From Octopus bimaculoides (Eukaryota), in assembly GCF_001194135.2 (NCBI RefSeq), contig NC_068991.1, forward strand, positions 29,776,034-29,817,462: DNA of 41,429 nucleotides, in the 5' to 3' direction. The position numbers and the translations under genes are program-made. Shown one piece after another: positions 22,586 to 34,749 of the stretch (the stretch's first letter is position 1; each line of letters begins with the position of its first letter). The notes beneath the pieces were generated by a model. It made no database searches. It had not been told where the DNA came from and saw only the letters and a list, made by a program, of their open reading frames with translations.

Positions 22586-23424
22586 TATGCCCCTGCATAT
22601 AGCCATATACATACATATATATTAGGTATATATACGTGTGAATATTGTAAATATACACATGCATGAGTGTGCAGATTTAGTGTGCTTTAATCATTAATTC
22701 ATCGTTGGTAGTTCACAATACATTGTAGGTTGTATGTGAAGACAAGACCGGCATCATTAATATTTATTTGATTTTTCATATAAACACAGAGCTTTTATAT
22801 CTACATTTATACAAATATTTGATTTAATGGAAGAACATTCATGACATAACGAATGGAGTAGTTAGGAATCTTCAAACGATACAACACGCTAGATAATGCC
22901 ATGGACGTTGTTCATAGATACTGAAGACAGAATAAGTATAAAGAGTCAGAGTTACTGCATATAGTTAATGTGTGCGTGATTCGATATTTCAAGCCAAAAC
23001 CGGAAAATCTCGAACATGACAGACATGCGAAGTAATGAAAAGTTGAAGAGGGTGAGAAACCACCTTACGGACAAAGCGACATGGTTCCAAATGGATTTCT
23101 GATGGCGTTGGTCTGAAGCTGAATTCCCCATTTTTATAATGTTTATCAAGATTCTAGGACTTTTGATCATGCTATTAAGCGAAAACGCTCGCATTCTCCC
23201 TTTGAAGTTTATCACGTCAACCGTAACAAGTTAGGCAACGCTGGCTTACCGAGTTATATTCTTCTAGGCGTTAATGTCTTGAATAGCGAGACAGTTAAAT
23301 TTGTTAATCTGTCTGTTGCATTTTATGGCTTTATGGTGAGCCATAGTCTTTAGTTGGGAAACCTGAACGAAATGGTTCAAAACACAGTAGGAGCCTCACT
23401 ACACATAAGAACGACACAACACAG

Positions 23425-23517
23425 CTATGTATGTATGGATGCATGCATGTATGTATGTATGTATGTATGCATGCATGTATGTATGTATGTATGTATGTAT
23501 GTATGCATGCATGCATA
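23425..23517. repeat. (TATG)n microsatellite at the 3' end of Dong subfamily C
   Basis: Direct inspection. Confidence 0.9.
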
Positions 23518-23519
23518 TC

Positions 23520-25470
23520 TCCTCTATTCTTTAATTATTATAAATCTTCCACTGAGGAGTGAGCCGGTTTACAACAAAAATACAAGGCTCCATCATTGGG
23601 ATATAGTTAACACAGACAAATTCATATTTGGAACTTGAGAAATGCCTTGCATATTTTTACTGTTCTACTCACAGACTGAACTTGTAATGTACGAATCAGC
23701 CGGTTGTTTTCTCATTCTGAAAAGCCCTGTTTATTCAGATTCTCTTTTAAGCATTTACTAACAGGACCTAGTGCTCCAATTATTGTTGGTATGAATATGA
23801 ATTCATTGTCTGGATATAGAAGCTGAAGGTTTCGAAGCAGTTGTCCATAGATATCCTCTTTTTCTTTGATTTTCAAAGAGATGTTTATATCTGCAGGGCA
23901 GCTAGCACCTATGATGGTAGATACTTTTGCCCCTGTGTCCCAAACAACAATATCCGGTCTGTTATGCTTACATTTGGCAGAAGTTTTGATGGGAATATTC
24001 CACCAGTATTCCTTGAGTTGGTGTTTATGGATGTATTCCATAACAACGATTTTCTAAGTTTATTTTATCTCCGGATTTCTACTGTCCCTAAAATTCTAGT
24101 GTAATTATATCAGGACAGTCTTTTTTGCGGTTGGCATTGTAAATCGTTTTAACAACAACATCGTGCCGCATAGGGAGGTATTACCGAGACGACATTTTAG
24201 AACAGCTGCTAAATTACATGCGTAATATCTTCCACAGAAACATGACATAGTCTACACAAGCGGTTACACCTTGGGATTATAAGAACATTACTGTCTCACA
24301 TGTTCACCAGGTACTTTGAAGCAACCTCCTGTTCCTGGATTGCAAACGCATAGCCTTCCAATTGTGATGTAGTGGTCTTGTGTCGAAGAGAGGCTGCGGT
24401 TCGTGTCAATTCTACTGTCTTCTTCAAGCGTGGTCATTTTTTTTTTTTTTGCATGCCGAGTGCTTTCCATCCGGGTCTCCTCTGAAGTAAGAGAGTCCAG
24501 CTGTTTTGGAACTGTATAGGAGATGATCAGGAAGAGAGTGTTTCTTGAGGAATTCACTGCCGACTCGTACAATGTTGCTCACTTCACTTTTCAGCACTGC
24601 ATTAATATATTTATTTTTGCTGCTGTTGTTTAGCAGGTGCTGCTTCAGTGATACCATACGACATTCGAAGGCCGTCTGCACTGATCTCAGGCCTCTACCA
24701 CCTTCATTTAGTCTTAGATAAAGCCCGTCAACATCACTGTTTCTATGGAAGTTCCCAGCTGTTGTCAGGATTTTGCGGGTTTTGATATCTTTGGAGTGGA
24801 TTTAGACCAATCAAGTATCCCAAATATTGAGATCAGCACTGGTACTGCAAATGCATTGTGGGATATTGTTTTGTTATAAGAGTTCCGACTGCCATATTTT
24901 CCTAAGTCTAGTGTAATATTCTCGGGTCACTCTGTCTTTATTCGCAATGCCTTCATATGAAACATTTTCATCTTTGCCCAAGTATTTGTAACATTCTTTT
25001 GTGTGGAATAGAGGAACTAGAGAGACCGTTGATGCACAGGTTTTGGGTCTGAGGGACTGACTTCCCTCGTTCTATAACCAAATATGAACATTTCTTTAGG
25101 CCAAATTCCATGCGTATATCAGCTGAAAATGTTATTAATTCTAGTTGTTTTTTGGCATTGTTAACACTTTTAGCATAAATCTTCAGGTCGTCTACAAAGA
25201 AATTATGAGTTGCATTGATATTTCTGGCAGTTAAAGATTCTAGCTCATAACCATTTGTTTTCTGCAGTAGGAACGATAATGGATTCAGTGCCAAAATGAA
25301 AAGAAGTACAGAAAGACTATCTGCCTGGAATATTCCCTTTGAAATGCATGTACTATTAGAAACAATTATTCTCTTCTCAGTTGTAAGGAGAAGAATAGTT
25401 GTCCATGTCTTTGTGAGTCTCTCTATAGCAGCAATTAAGGTAGTAGGTACTTTTTTTCGAGATGTGAAGA
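23520..25470 (-). mobile_element. R4/Dong-type retrotransposon, subfamily C, 5'-truncated within RT
   Basis: KGIFQADSLSVLLFILALNPL, THNFFVDDLKIY, AIQEQEVASKYL, CRLCHVSVEDITHVISSC, NRPDIVVWD..CPADINI..IPTIIGALG, ..VKICKAFLKFQI* (stop at 23624-23622). The 3' UTR runs into (CATA)n. Confidence 0.92.
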
Positions 25471-25831
25471 CTGTGAGTGCAGAATGGAATATGAAATGGC
25501 CTCCAAGAAGTCCAGATCTTACTCCATGTGGTTTTTACATGTAGGGTTACACAAAAGAGGTGTGCAAGAAAAAAACCTCGAACTTGGAGATAGAGATTCC
25601 AGAGGTTCGCAATAATATCCTAGACGACGTCCTTCATAAGGTTGTTTATTCCATCCTTGGCCGTTTGAGGAAACTGGTTGACGCTACCGTTGCTTACGGT
25701 GAAATATGAAGATTTACTTTCATTTTCCCATATAATAAACAACATGTATCATTTGTTACAATAAATTTATAAAAAAGATATAAATCTTCTTACCAATTTT
25801 TAATGCCTACTTACTTTTCACTTACCCTGTA
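25470..25831 (+). mobile_element. Tc1/mariner transposon 3' fragment with right TIR and TA
   Basis: KWPPRSPDLTPCGFYM*GYTKEV..GRLRKLVDA matches the WPPRSPDL motif. The end ..TTTCACTTACCCTG|TA is the reverse complement of a TA|CAGGGT-type TIR. Confidence 0.85.
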
Positions 25832-26627
25832 GATAAATAACTTGTGATATTTCAGTTCTTTTAACTAGGAATAGCTGCCAAATCTCGTTCAAATTAGATT
25901 TTAATGTCCGAAGAAAAAGAAGCGGTTCATTGGATGTTCCAGTTTTAGATTGATAGTTTTTTTCTTTGTTTGGTAGAAAAAATAAAGAGCTTTGATGGTC
26001 AAGGATGAACTCATTTTGATCAGTGCTGCGCTGCGGTTAAACTACAACTACATCAACATTCTTAAATAAGAGAATATTCTGTGACAGATGTAAATCTTCC
26101 TTTATGATTCAAGCAGACTCACTCTTTCAAATTTTTCTTTCGATGTGTTTTTGTAATCTGGTTACACGGAGAAAAAAAAAAAGAAAAAAAAAAGAAAAAT
26201 GTGGTAAAATAAGTTTTATTTTTTCCAAAAGCTTTAGCAATCTTTCAGAGTCATTCGTTGCTGGTGGGGTCAGTTAGTCAATTTTGGACATGTTATTCAC
26301 TTTTGGTGAATGAAAAGAAAGAAAATGGTAAAAGAAAAGAAGAACTGTTTTACAAAATATTCAAAAACAACTATAAATTGTTAAGTTCCTATATTGATTA
26401 CGTTATGTTTGTGTTGAGTGTGACTGCAAGCTTCTCACAACAACCACATTCTCTATTAGCGCTATCACATTCACATGACAACGACCAGTAAACACAGCAG
26501 TATCACACAACAAGAACAACAGCAACAACGGCTACAAGAATAACAACTATTATAGCTACAGACAAAAAGAACCGCTATCTCCAATTATAACCTCCACTCA
26601 CACCGACAGAATCTTGCAAGATTTTAC

Positions 26628-26678
<51 letters not shown>
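26628..26678. repeat. (TTA)n microsatellite
   Basis: Direct inspection. Confidence 0.95.
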
Positions 26679-27030
26679 GACTGTATTTGATTTGTATATG
26701 CGCTTGTTTTTTGTGGGATATTTCCACCACACCCCCCGCTTGTAGGGTCACTATTGTCATAGTTACCAGTCTAAGAGGATCAAATATTGTAGTCGGATCA
26801 AAATGCAGTTTCTCTTTCCTTTCCATATTGCAACGGTCCGTTTACGTGTTGAGGCAGCGAAAGTAGTAGGCGGTGTAATATGATATAATAGCCAGTGGAA
26901 TAATTACCCGAATCGGTCGAGCTATCACGAAGTCAGTTTGATATTTCATCCAATGTTTTATTGCTGATAAGAAAATGAGAAAGCTAGAGAGCGAAAGTAA
27001 TAGAGTGGGATTATAGAAGGGCAGATACAT

Positions 27031-27032
<2 letters not shown>

Positions 27033-27091
<59 letters not shown>

Positions 27092-27369
27092 NNNNNNNNN
27101 NNNNNNNNNNNNNNNNNNNNNNNNNNNNNNNNNNNNNNNNNNNNNNNNNNNNNNNNNNNNNNNNNNNNNNNNNNNNNNNNNNNNNNNNNNNNNNNNNNNN
27201 NNNNNNNNNNNNNNNNNNNNNNNNNNNNNNNNNNNNNNNNNNNNNNNNNNNNNNNNNNNNNNNNNNNNNNNNNNNNNNNNNNNNNNNNNNNNNNNNNNNN
27301 NNNNNNNNNNNNNNNNNNNNNNNNNNNNNNNNNNNNNNNNNNNNNNNNNNNNNNNNNNNNNNNNNNNNN

Positions 27370-27429
<60 letters not shown>

Positions 27430-27510
27430 TACAGACAGAGGGGGAGAGAGCGAGAAAGAGAGAGAAAGGGAGAAGGAAAGGGAAAGAGGGAGAGAGAGAA
27501 GGAGAGAGAG
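27033..27510. repeat. (CA)n, gap, then (TA)/(GA)-rich simple repeats
   Basis: Direct inspection. Confidence 0.9.
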
Positions 27511-27980
27511 ATTGAGATAGTGTGTTGGTGGAGGGACTTAATACAGAGTGAAGTGTTGTTAAAGAAATCGAAGAAGGAAGTGATAGATGATATTGAGGAT
27601 TCACTGTTAAATAATATTCTATCAGGTTATTTCAGATTCAATGAGAGACATCCTTTCATTACCAGATCCATTGTATAGAATTGTTAGAGTGAATGATAGG
27701 GACAATAGTTATTTAACTCCAGGTCGGACCTGATCCAGCAGACCTATAACCAAAAGCTTCCTAGCCATGACCATCCAGTATTTTCCTTCTGTATAAAGAA
27801 ATCGGGAGTACAATATCTAGGTTCTAATTTTCTAAGAGGGTGAGGTATGTGTCGAAGAGGCTTAGCTGTTAATTTTAGCAGTTTCTAGCGACGATCAATA
27901 GACTCTTTCTCAAGCTCATTGTACAATTGTTGGGATGCTATTTGGTATTGACGGTAAACATTAAGAGAAACTTTAAAATA

Positions 27981-28299
27981 ACTGGCACGCTGTCGGTTAC
28001 GACGACGAGGGTTCCAGTTGATCCAATCTACGGAACAGTCAGCTCGTGAAAGTAACATGCATGTGGCTGAGCATTCCGCAGACCCGTGCACCCTTAACGT
28101 ATTTCTCAGGGAGAGTCAACGTGACACTGTGATAACGCTGGCCTTTTGAAATAAAATACTACTCATTTTTGCCAGTTGAGTGGACTGGAGCAACGTGAAA
28201 TAGTGTCATGCTCGAGGCCACAACGTTTCGCCGGGAACTGAACTCACAATATAGTGATCATGAGCCGAATACCCTAACCAATAAGCCATACGCCTTCAC
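27981..28299 (-). mobile_element. tRNA-derived SINE family D
   Basis: Head GTGAAGGCGTATGGCTTATTGGTTAGGG (A box), GAGTTCAGTTCC (B box), core CACGTTGCTCCAGTCCACTCAACTGG. Confidence 0.85.
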
Positions 28300-28505
28300 A
28301 GATATGTACATATGCACAGATATATGCATGCGTGCGTAAATACACATATACACACGCATGTATATGTATCTGCATGCACTCATACATAGATGCACATATC
28401 GCCTATGGTTTTCTTGGAATAAAGATACCCTCATCTTAAAAAAATAAATCAACTTCAACACACGATTATATTTTTATTTTTAACATTACACATAAGCAAA
28501 CACAA

Positions 28506-28536
<31 letters not shown>

Positions 28537-28568
28537 TGTATGTATGCATGTATGTATGTGTGTATGTG

Positions 28569-28678
28569 TCATTATTCAGTTTATTTCAAGATTCCTTACC
28601 AATAGAGAAAGAACCGGTTTCTAACCTAGATCCAAGGTTCCTTCTTTGTAATTTCAACATCAACAACAGGGTATTATT
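28569..28678 (-). mobile_element. Very short 3'-UTR-only copy of Dong subfamily C
   Basis: Similar to 28756-28862 and 23535-23620 (GGA(G/A)CCTTG..AACCGG.TCTTTCTC); (TATG)n on both sides. Confidence 0.75.
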
Positions 28679-28755
28679 GTGTGTATATTTGTATGTATGT
28701 ATGTATACCTGTATGTATGTATGTATGTATGTATGTATGTATGTATGTATGTGTG

Positions 28756-29609
28756 TTATCAATCAGTTTCATTTCTGTATTTCTTGTCCATAGAGAAAGA
28801 GCCGCACTCTAACATAGATTCAGGCTCCTTCATTGGAACTTTTATCAACATCATCTAGGTATTTGTGCATATGTGTGTGTGTGCAGTATTTGGTGTTAGT
28901 GTATGCGCAGATTTGTATGTTTGTTTTATGGATGCGTTTTTATGTATATATTTTCATGTCTAGANNNNNNNNNNNNNNNNNNNNNNNNNNNNNNNNNNNN
29001 NNNNNNNNNNNNNNTTTTATGTATGTATTCTCATGCATATAGTTACATGCTCATATATATTTAAATGATACACTTCTGGAAAGTTTTACAGATATTTACA
29101 GTTCCAGTGATGGATTGGATCTCTAGTCTTCGAATTAGCTTTCTCCTTTCTTGTTTTGAGAAGCCTAATTTCTCAAGATTGGAATTTAGGCAGTGTGTTA
29201 CATATCCCAGGGCCCCAAAAATTACAGGTATAAACATGAACTTGTAATCTGGATAGAGTAACTGTAGATTTCTCAATAGTTCAGCATAAGTGTTCCCTTT
29301 TTCACTGATCTTCAGCTTTATGTTAACATCCGCTGGGCAGCAAATTTCCACAACTGTGCACAATTTCGTTTCTTTATTCCAAATCCTTATATCAGGTCTG
29401 TTCCATTTGCATTTTATTGAGGTCTTCACTGGTACATTCCATCAGTATTCCTTTTAATTATGAGCGACTATGGCTTCTACCATACTGTGAGTTTTCATTT
29501 TTTGTCCTCGGCATTATCCTTCCGACGGATTTCATTATAGAGTGTCCTAGATACAGCGTCATATCTCATCTGTAGATTATACCGTGATGACATTTTCGAA
29601 CAACTACTT
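28756..29609 (-). mobile_element. R4/Dong-type retrotransposon, subfamily C, 5'-truncated
   Basis: ISSCSKMSSRY..RYDAV, KWNRPDIRIWNKETKLCTVVEICCPADVNI..IPVIFGALG..GTVNICKTFQKCII*. Flanked by TATG-type repeats at both ends. Confidence 0.9.
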
Positions 29610-29894
29610 ATGTGTGTGTATGTATGTGCATGTATGTATGCGTATGTATGTATGTGCGTGTGCATGTGTATATATATATATATATATNNNNNNNNNNNNN
29701 NNNNNNNNNNNNNNNNNNNNNNNNNNNNNNNNNNNNNNNNNNNNNNNNNNNNNNNNNNNNNNNNNNNNNNNNNNNNNNNNNNNNNNNNNNNNNNNNNNNN
29801 NNNNNNNNNNNNNNNNNNNNNNNNNNNNNNNNNNNNNNNNNNNNNNNNATATATATGCACACATATATATGTACCTGAGTGTGGGTGCAAGTGA

Positions 29895-30000
29895 GTGTAA
29901 AACTGGCTTTTTCGCTGTTTCCAGTCTCAAAACCGCTGTCAACTGGAAGAAGGCACTTGCCCCGAGTGTCGAAGTGTGGGATTGAACTAAGAAATACTTA
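29895..30000 (-). mobile_element. Degraded SINE family C head/core fragment
   Basis: Reverse complement TAGTTCAATCCCACA..CACTCGGGCAAGTGCCTTCT resembles 30744-30790. Confidence 0.55.
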
Positions 30001-30449
30001 GACAATAAACAAGTTTCTGGTATATGAGGTTCTGTAAAGCACTTAACTATTATATAGATATTTGATGTGTCATAAGATGATCGTGTGTAAGATGAAAAAG
30101 ATTGATTAATTTCCATGTCACTAGTAATGAGTGGATGGTAAATGAATAATGAAGTTGAACTGACAGGAAAATGAGACAAACACGTGACTAAGATATTATA
30201 GAATTCTAATGATTGATTTATGAAAGAACAAGAGGTTGAATGAGGTGATAGTGATAGCTACAGTGGCGGGTAGTGGAGACTTTTGATGAGGTAGCGTGTT
30301 GATAAAATTGTTGGAGAGAAAGTTGACTGGAGTCGTTGAGGAAATGACATTACAAGGAGTAAAATGTTGAGCACTGAGGGGACTGAACAATATTTAGTCT
30401 TGTAAGATGGATAGTTACGTGTTTATGAGTGTGTGCTTGTATATGAATG

Positions 30450-30454
<5 letters not shown>

Positions 30455-30534
<80 letters not shown>
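30455..30534. repeat. (CA)n(TA)n microsatellite
   Basis: Direct inspection. Confidence 0.95.
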
Positions 30535-30690
30535 GATGTTAGATTATTCACCCATTCTTCTATGAACATCTCAGACGAACATTTCCCTGATTCCCTAAAA
30601 TGTAGGCAACACACTCCACTCAAGACGACTGTTATTTTACAAGAATTGGACAACTAAAGCAAAATTTTAAAAGATATTAAATATATATAA

Positions 30691-31262
30691 GGTGCAGGAG
30701 TGGCTGTGTGGTAAGTAGCTTGTTTACCAATCACATGGTTCCAGGTTCAGTCCCACTGCGTGGCACCTTGGGCAGGTATCTTCTACTATAGCCTCGGGCC
30801 GACCAAAGCCTTGTGAGTGGATTTGGTAGACGGAAACTGAAAGAAACCCGTCTCTCTCTATATATATATGTGTGTGTGTGTNNNNNNNNNNNNNNNNNNN
30901 NNNNNNNNNNNNNNNNNNNNNNNNNNNNNNNNNNNNNNNNNNNNNNNNNNNNNNNNNNNNNNNNNNNNNNNNNNNNNNNNNNNNNNNNNNNNNNNNNNNN
31001 NNNNTGTGTGTGCGCGCGCGTGTGTGTGTGTGCGTGTGTGTGTGTGTTTGTGTGTCTGTGCTTGTCCCCCCAACATCGCTTGACAACCGAGGCTGGTGTG
31101 TTTACGTTCCCGTAACCTAGCGTTTCGGCAAAAGAAACCGATAGAATAAGTACTAGGCTTACAAAGAATAAGTCCTGGGGTCGATTTGCGCTCGACTAAA
31201 GGCGGTGCTCCAGCATGGCCGCAGTCAAAAATGACTAAAACAAGTAAAAGAGTAAAGAGAGT
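30691..31262 (+). mobile_element. tRNA-derived SINE family C with a CORE-like domain and an internal (TG)n array
   Basis: A box TGGCTGTGTGG at 30701-30711, B box GGTTCAGTCCC at 30744-30754, CORE-like CACCTTGGGCAGGTATCTT, internal TG repeat and gap, AAAGAGT-type tail. Confidence 0.9.
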
Positions 31263-31299
31263 ACATACACCGTATGAACTCCACACATAGAAGACATGC

Positions 31300-31366
31300 C
31301 CTTCTTCTTCTTCTTCTTCTTCTTCTTCTTCTTCTTCTTCTTCTTCTTCTTCTTCTTCTTCTTCTT
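31300..31366. repeat. (CTT)n microsatellite
   Basis: Direct inspection. Confidence 0.95.
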
Positions 31367-31704
31367 CACCGCCTCCTTTCTCAACTACTGCTGCTGCCTA
31401 AACAATCAAGAATTCATATCAAACAACTACTACTAAATGCTGCCTACTACCTAGAACTCACATGAATAAAACAGAGAGACAGAAAAAAGGAAAAATGTCC
31501 CTTGCATTTGAAAACTATGGAAATATTTAAAAAAAATATTACATTTAATTTTTCCACAATTTAATTGTTTTTCATGCTTTAAATTTCATGCTTTAAGTTG
31601 AAAAAGACGCAAAGACTGAAGTTCTTCATGATAAAATTATTTTAGCATTTTCTACATTGTCTTATATATATACTAGCAGAGATTAAAACGGCAGAATATT
31701 TTAT

Positions 31705-31917
31705 TGTCTGACTTGTTTCAGTCATATAACTGCGATCATGCTGGAGCAACGCCTTTAGTTGAAGAAATTGACTCCAAGACTTATTCTTTGTAAACATAGT
31801 ACTTATTCCATTGGTGCATTTTTCCAAACGGCTAAGTTATGGGGGCGTAAATACAGTAACATCGGTTGCAAGTGATGATGGGGATACAAACACAGACACA
31901 CACGCACGCACACACAC

Positions 31918-31982
<65 letters not shown>
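31705..31982 (-). mobile_element. SINE family C, 3' half plus its internal (TG)n array
   Basis: Reverse complement matches 31050-31245 (AAGTACTA..ACAAAGAATAAGTC..CTAAAGGCG.TGCTCCAGCATG). Confidence 0.8.
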
Positions 31983-31983
<1 letters not shown>

Positions 31984-32539
31984 GATAGGAAATAGAGAGT
32001 GAATGCAGCGATATTGTACTTGTAAATCCATTGTTTAGGCAGAATGGTATACATATAAGATTCCAATACCTTGTGAGTAAAATCCAACAGCCTATAGGAT
32101 TTTACTCACAAGGTGCTCCTTATATTGTATCAAAATTTCATGCAATGCAGTATCTATCTTATCGACTGAGTTCGAGATCGAATCTAGTGAAAATAAAGTT
32201 GATCACCTTAACAGGTAAGTGTAGAATTATCTTTAAAAATAAATACTACGATGGCTTTTCTCCAGAAAAACATGATCAATGATATTCAGTACTGTAATCT
32301 AGCGGCCTAATGTTATAGTCATACGCCTGTGTGAATGATATTCTATGAGGTCACAATGCTGGTTTGTAACAGCTATCAAATCACCTTAAAATCAAAGCTT
32401 ACAGTCACAAAAATGTTCCATTAAATAATGCTGACTGGGAAAAGATATTCCTGAAAAAGAGAACAAAAAATATTAGACGGTCATGGATACAATGCTTGTG
32501 CTCATAGCCTCGCTCAGTCAAGACTGATTTAAAGCTAAA

Positions 32540-32675
32540 CAACAACATCAACAGCAACACCAACAACACCAACAACATCGACAACAACACCAACATCAAC
32601 AATATCAACAACAACAACGACAACACTAACAGCAGCAGCAACAACAACAACAGCAGCAGCAACAACAACAACACC
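32540..32675. repeat. (CAA/CAG)n microsatellite
   Basis: Direct inspection. Confidence 0.9.
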
Positions 32676-32961
32676 TGGAGCTTCACACCCTACAGTACCT
32701 CTCTATGACTACCATATAAACTTGACTGGTTCAGGATTCAGTAATTTAATTTCAACAACCCATTGATATACATCTGTCGGAAAATTTACCTCTACACGAT
32801 TTAATTGCCAACCATTTTCCCTTAAGTAATTGTTACCTTTTAATTCCCACAACTTCCTACCTCTCATTATCCTCTACCTGGCAATATGTAGATAATTTTG
32901 TATACTTTTACACCTTTTAGCCATTGTACTCTCATTATTATGACGTCTTCATATTCGACAG

Positions 32962-33213
32962 CAGTGGCTCTCAACCTGGGCCCATACAACTCTTGGGGAC
33001 CCATATAATATTTTGGTGTTAAAATTTATGCGCATAAATTGCTTATACTTCTACAATTCACAAAATATTTTAACAATTTTAAACAATTCCCAATAGTATT
33101 TAATTATAAAGATACAATAGGATTTTATAAAAACATCGAGTGGTTATGTGGATCATTCAGCATAAAGTAGAAACCAAAGGAGTTCGTAGGTAAAAAACGG
33201 CTTGGAATCACTA
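32962..33213. mobile_element. hAT-Charlie-like MITE
   Basis: Left TIR CAGTGGCTCTCAACC; degenerate right TIR AAAAACGGCTTGGAATCACTA; flanking 8-mers TTCGACAG and TTCTGGAG (5/8 match, a decayed TSD); AT-rich interior. Confidence 0.7.
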
Positions 33214-33269
33214 TTCTGGAGTGTAATTGAGAACAACCGCCCCAGAATATATCTATCGATTTTGCAAGG

Positions 33270-33372
33270 TAGTAAGGCAAAATGGTCCTGAATTTGAACT
33301 GAAGATCTAAAGGGATGCAACCAAATGCCACATATATGTTATCTGATGTTCTGTAGATTCTGCCATCCGTCC
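33270..33372 (-). mobile_element. Degraded SINE family A-related head
   Basis: Reverse complement GATGGCAGAATC..CAGTTCAAATTC..TTTTGCCT. Confidence 0.55.
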
Positions 33373-34503
33373 TTCGTGTATGTTTCTTGATGTAGTTTTA
33401 GTTGTTTAGCGCCAGTAAACCTTGAATAAGCAGTCTTCTGATCAAAAGCATTACGCCCATGACTCTCCCATGTGTTTGGAGGTAGCAAGAACTACAAATG
33501 TAACAGGAAATGTGTTACTCATTCTTTTATTGTGGTGGCGGGTTGTTTATGCATGATCTCATCGCTATTTCTAGCAGGTAGAACCACCATGTATAGGCCC
33601 CAGTCTCTTTAAGGGTTTAAACGATGGGTCAATGCTACCTAACTGCCTCTCTTCACCCACCTAGACCCCTATCTCTTTACAAACCCCGCCAGCGCCGCTT
33701 CCACCGCCATTGCCATTTCCACCGCCACTGCCGCTTTCACCGCTACTACCGCCGCTGCTAACTGAACGTTAGACTCGGTGAACAGTTGCGGTTAAATCTC
33801 ATTTTTCCCAAAGACATATCTCGCGACAAGCATTAGTAGAAAATTGAAACCCGATACTCGACTACAAGTGCCACCCTTAATTCTTTGTTACACGACACCT
33901 CTACACACACACACATACACAAACACACACGCACGCACACCACACGCACGCACGCAGGCGCGCGCGCGCACACACACACATACACACACACATAAACACA
34001 CATTTACACATTTACAGCCATTACCGCTGTGCCATCATTCCCGCCTCCCTCACGCTTCCCCAAACAAACAACTGTCAAAATAAACGGCATTGCTGCAAAA
34101 CTCTTAACACACAACGTTTGCTTCAAACAAACTTTCTTTCTGTAACTGGACCCGAATCTGGGGACAGGCTTTCAGGAAAACTTGATATCACGTGGTTTAA
34201 CCCTCGCACTTAGTTGTGGCAGCAGTAGAGGTGACGGAGTTGATGGCAGAGTGGCAGTTCTATACGATATTAAACTATGAGCAAAAAACCAAAAACATTT
34301 AATTTTCGTTGTCTGACAAAAAGCCCATATGCACATACACGCGTATAAACACTCGTGTGTACGTACACGTATGTACGTACACGTATGTAATACACATATA
34401 TACACTATACGCAAACGTATGTAACTCAGAGAAGCAGAATGATAGATATATTGAGTCATTTGATTCATAGAGTGATAGCTAGATAGACATACAGAATTAC
34501 GAA

Positions 34504-34538
<35 letters not shown>

Positions 34539-34749
34539 NNNNNNNNNNNNNNNNNNNNNNNNNNNNNNNNNNNNNNNNNNNNNNNNNNNNNNNNNNNNNN
34601 NNNNNNNNNNNNNNNNNNNNNNNNNNNNNNNNNNNNNNNNNNNNNNNNNNNNNNNNNNNNNNNNNNNNNNNNNNNNNNNNNNNNNNNNNAAAACATATAT
34701 CAGAAAGAAGCACACTCTAAACAATAGAGCAGTAATTATTACAACAAAA

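Noticed and set aside
23158-23335. Possible internal exon (TTCTAG| ... ATG|GTGAGC) with an open frame TFDHAIKRKRSHSPFEVYHV...
   Set aside because: The splice-like ends and open frame are within chance expectation, with no recognisable protein and no partner exon; it needs RNA-seq.
27712-27790. Short degraded fragments of another repeat family (also near 6870-6925, 19625-19690, 25850-25900, 32360-32420, 33390-33600)
   Set aside because: Too decayed to give boundaries or a class; probably an ordinary old SINE.
33690-34260. CCG-rich, CpG-richer stretch that could be regulatory
   Set aside because: Low complexity only; no evidence of function from the sequence.
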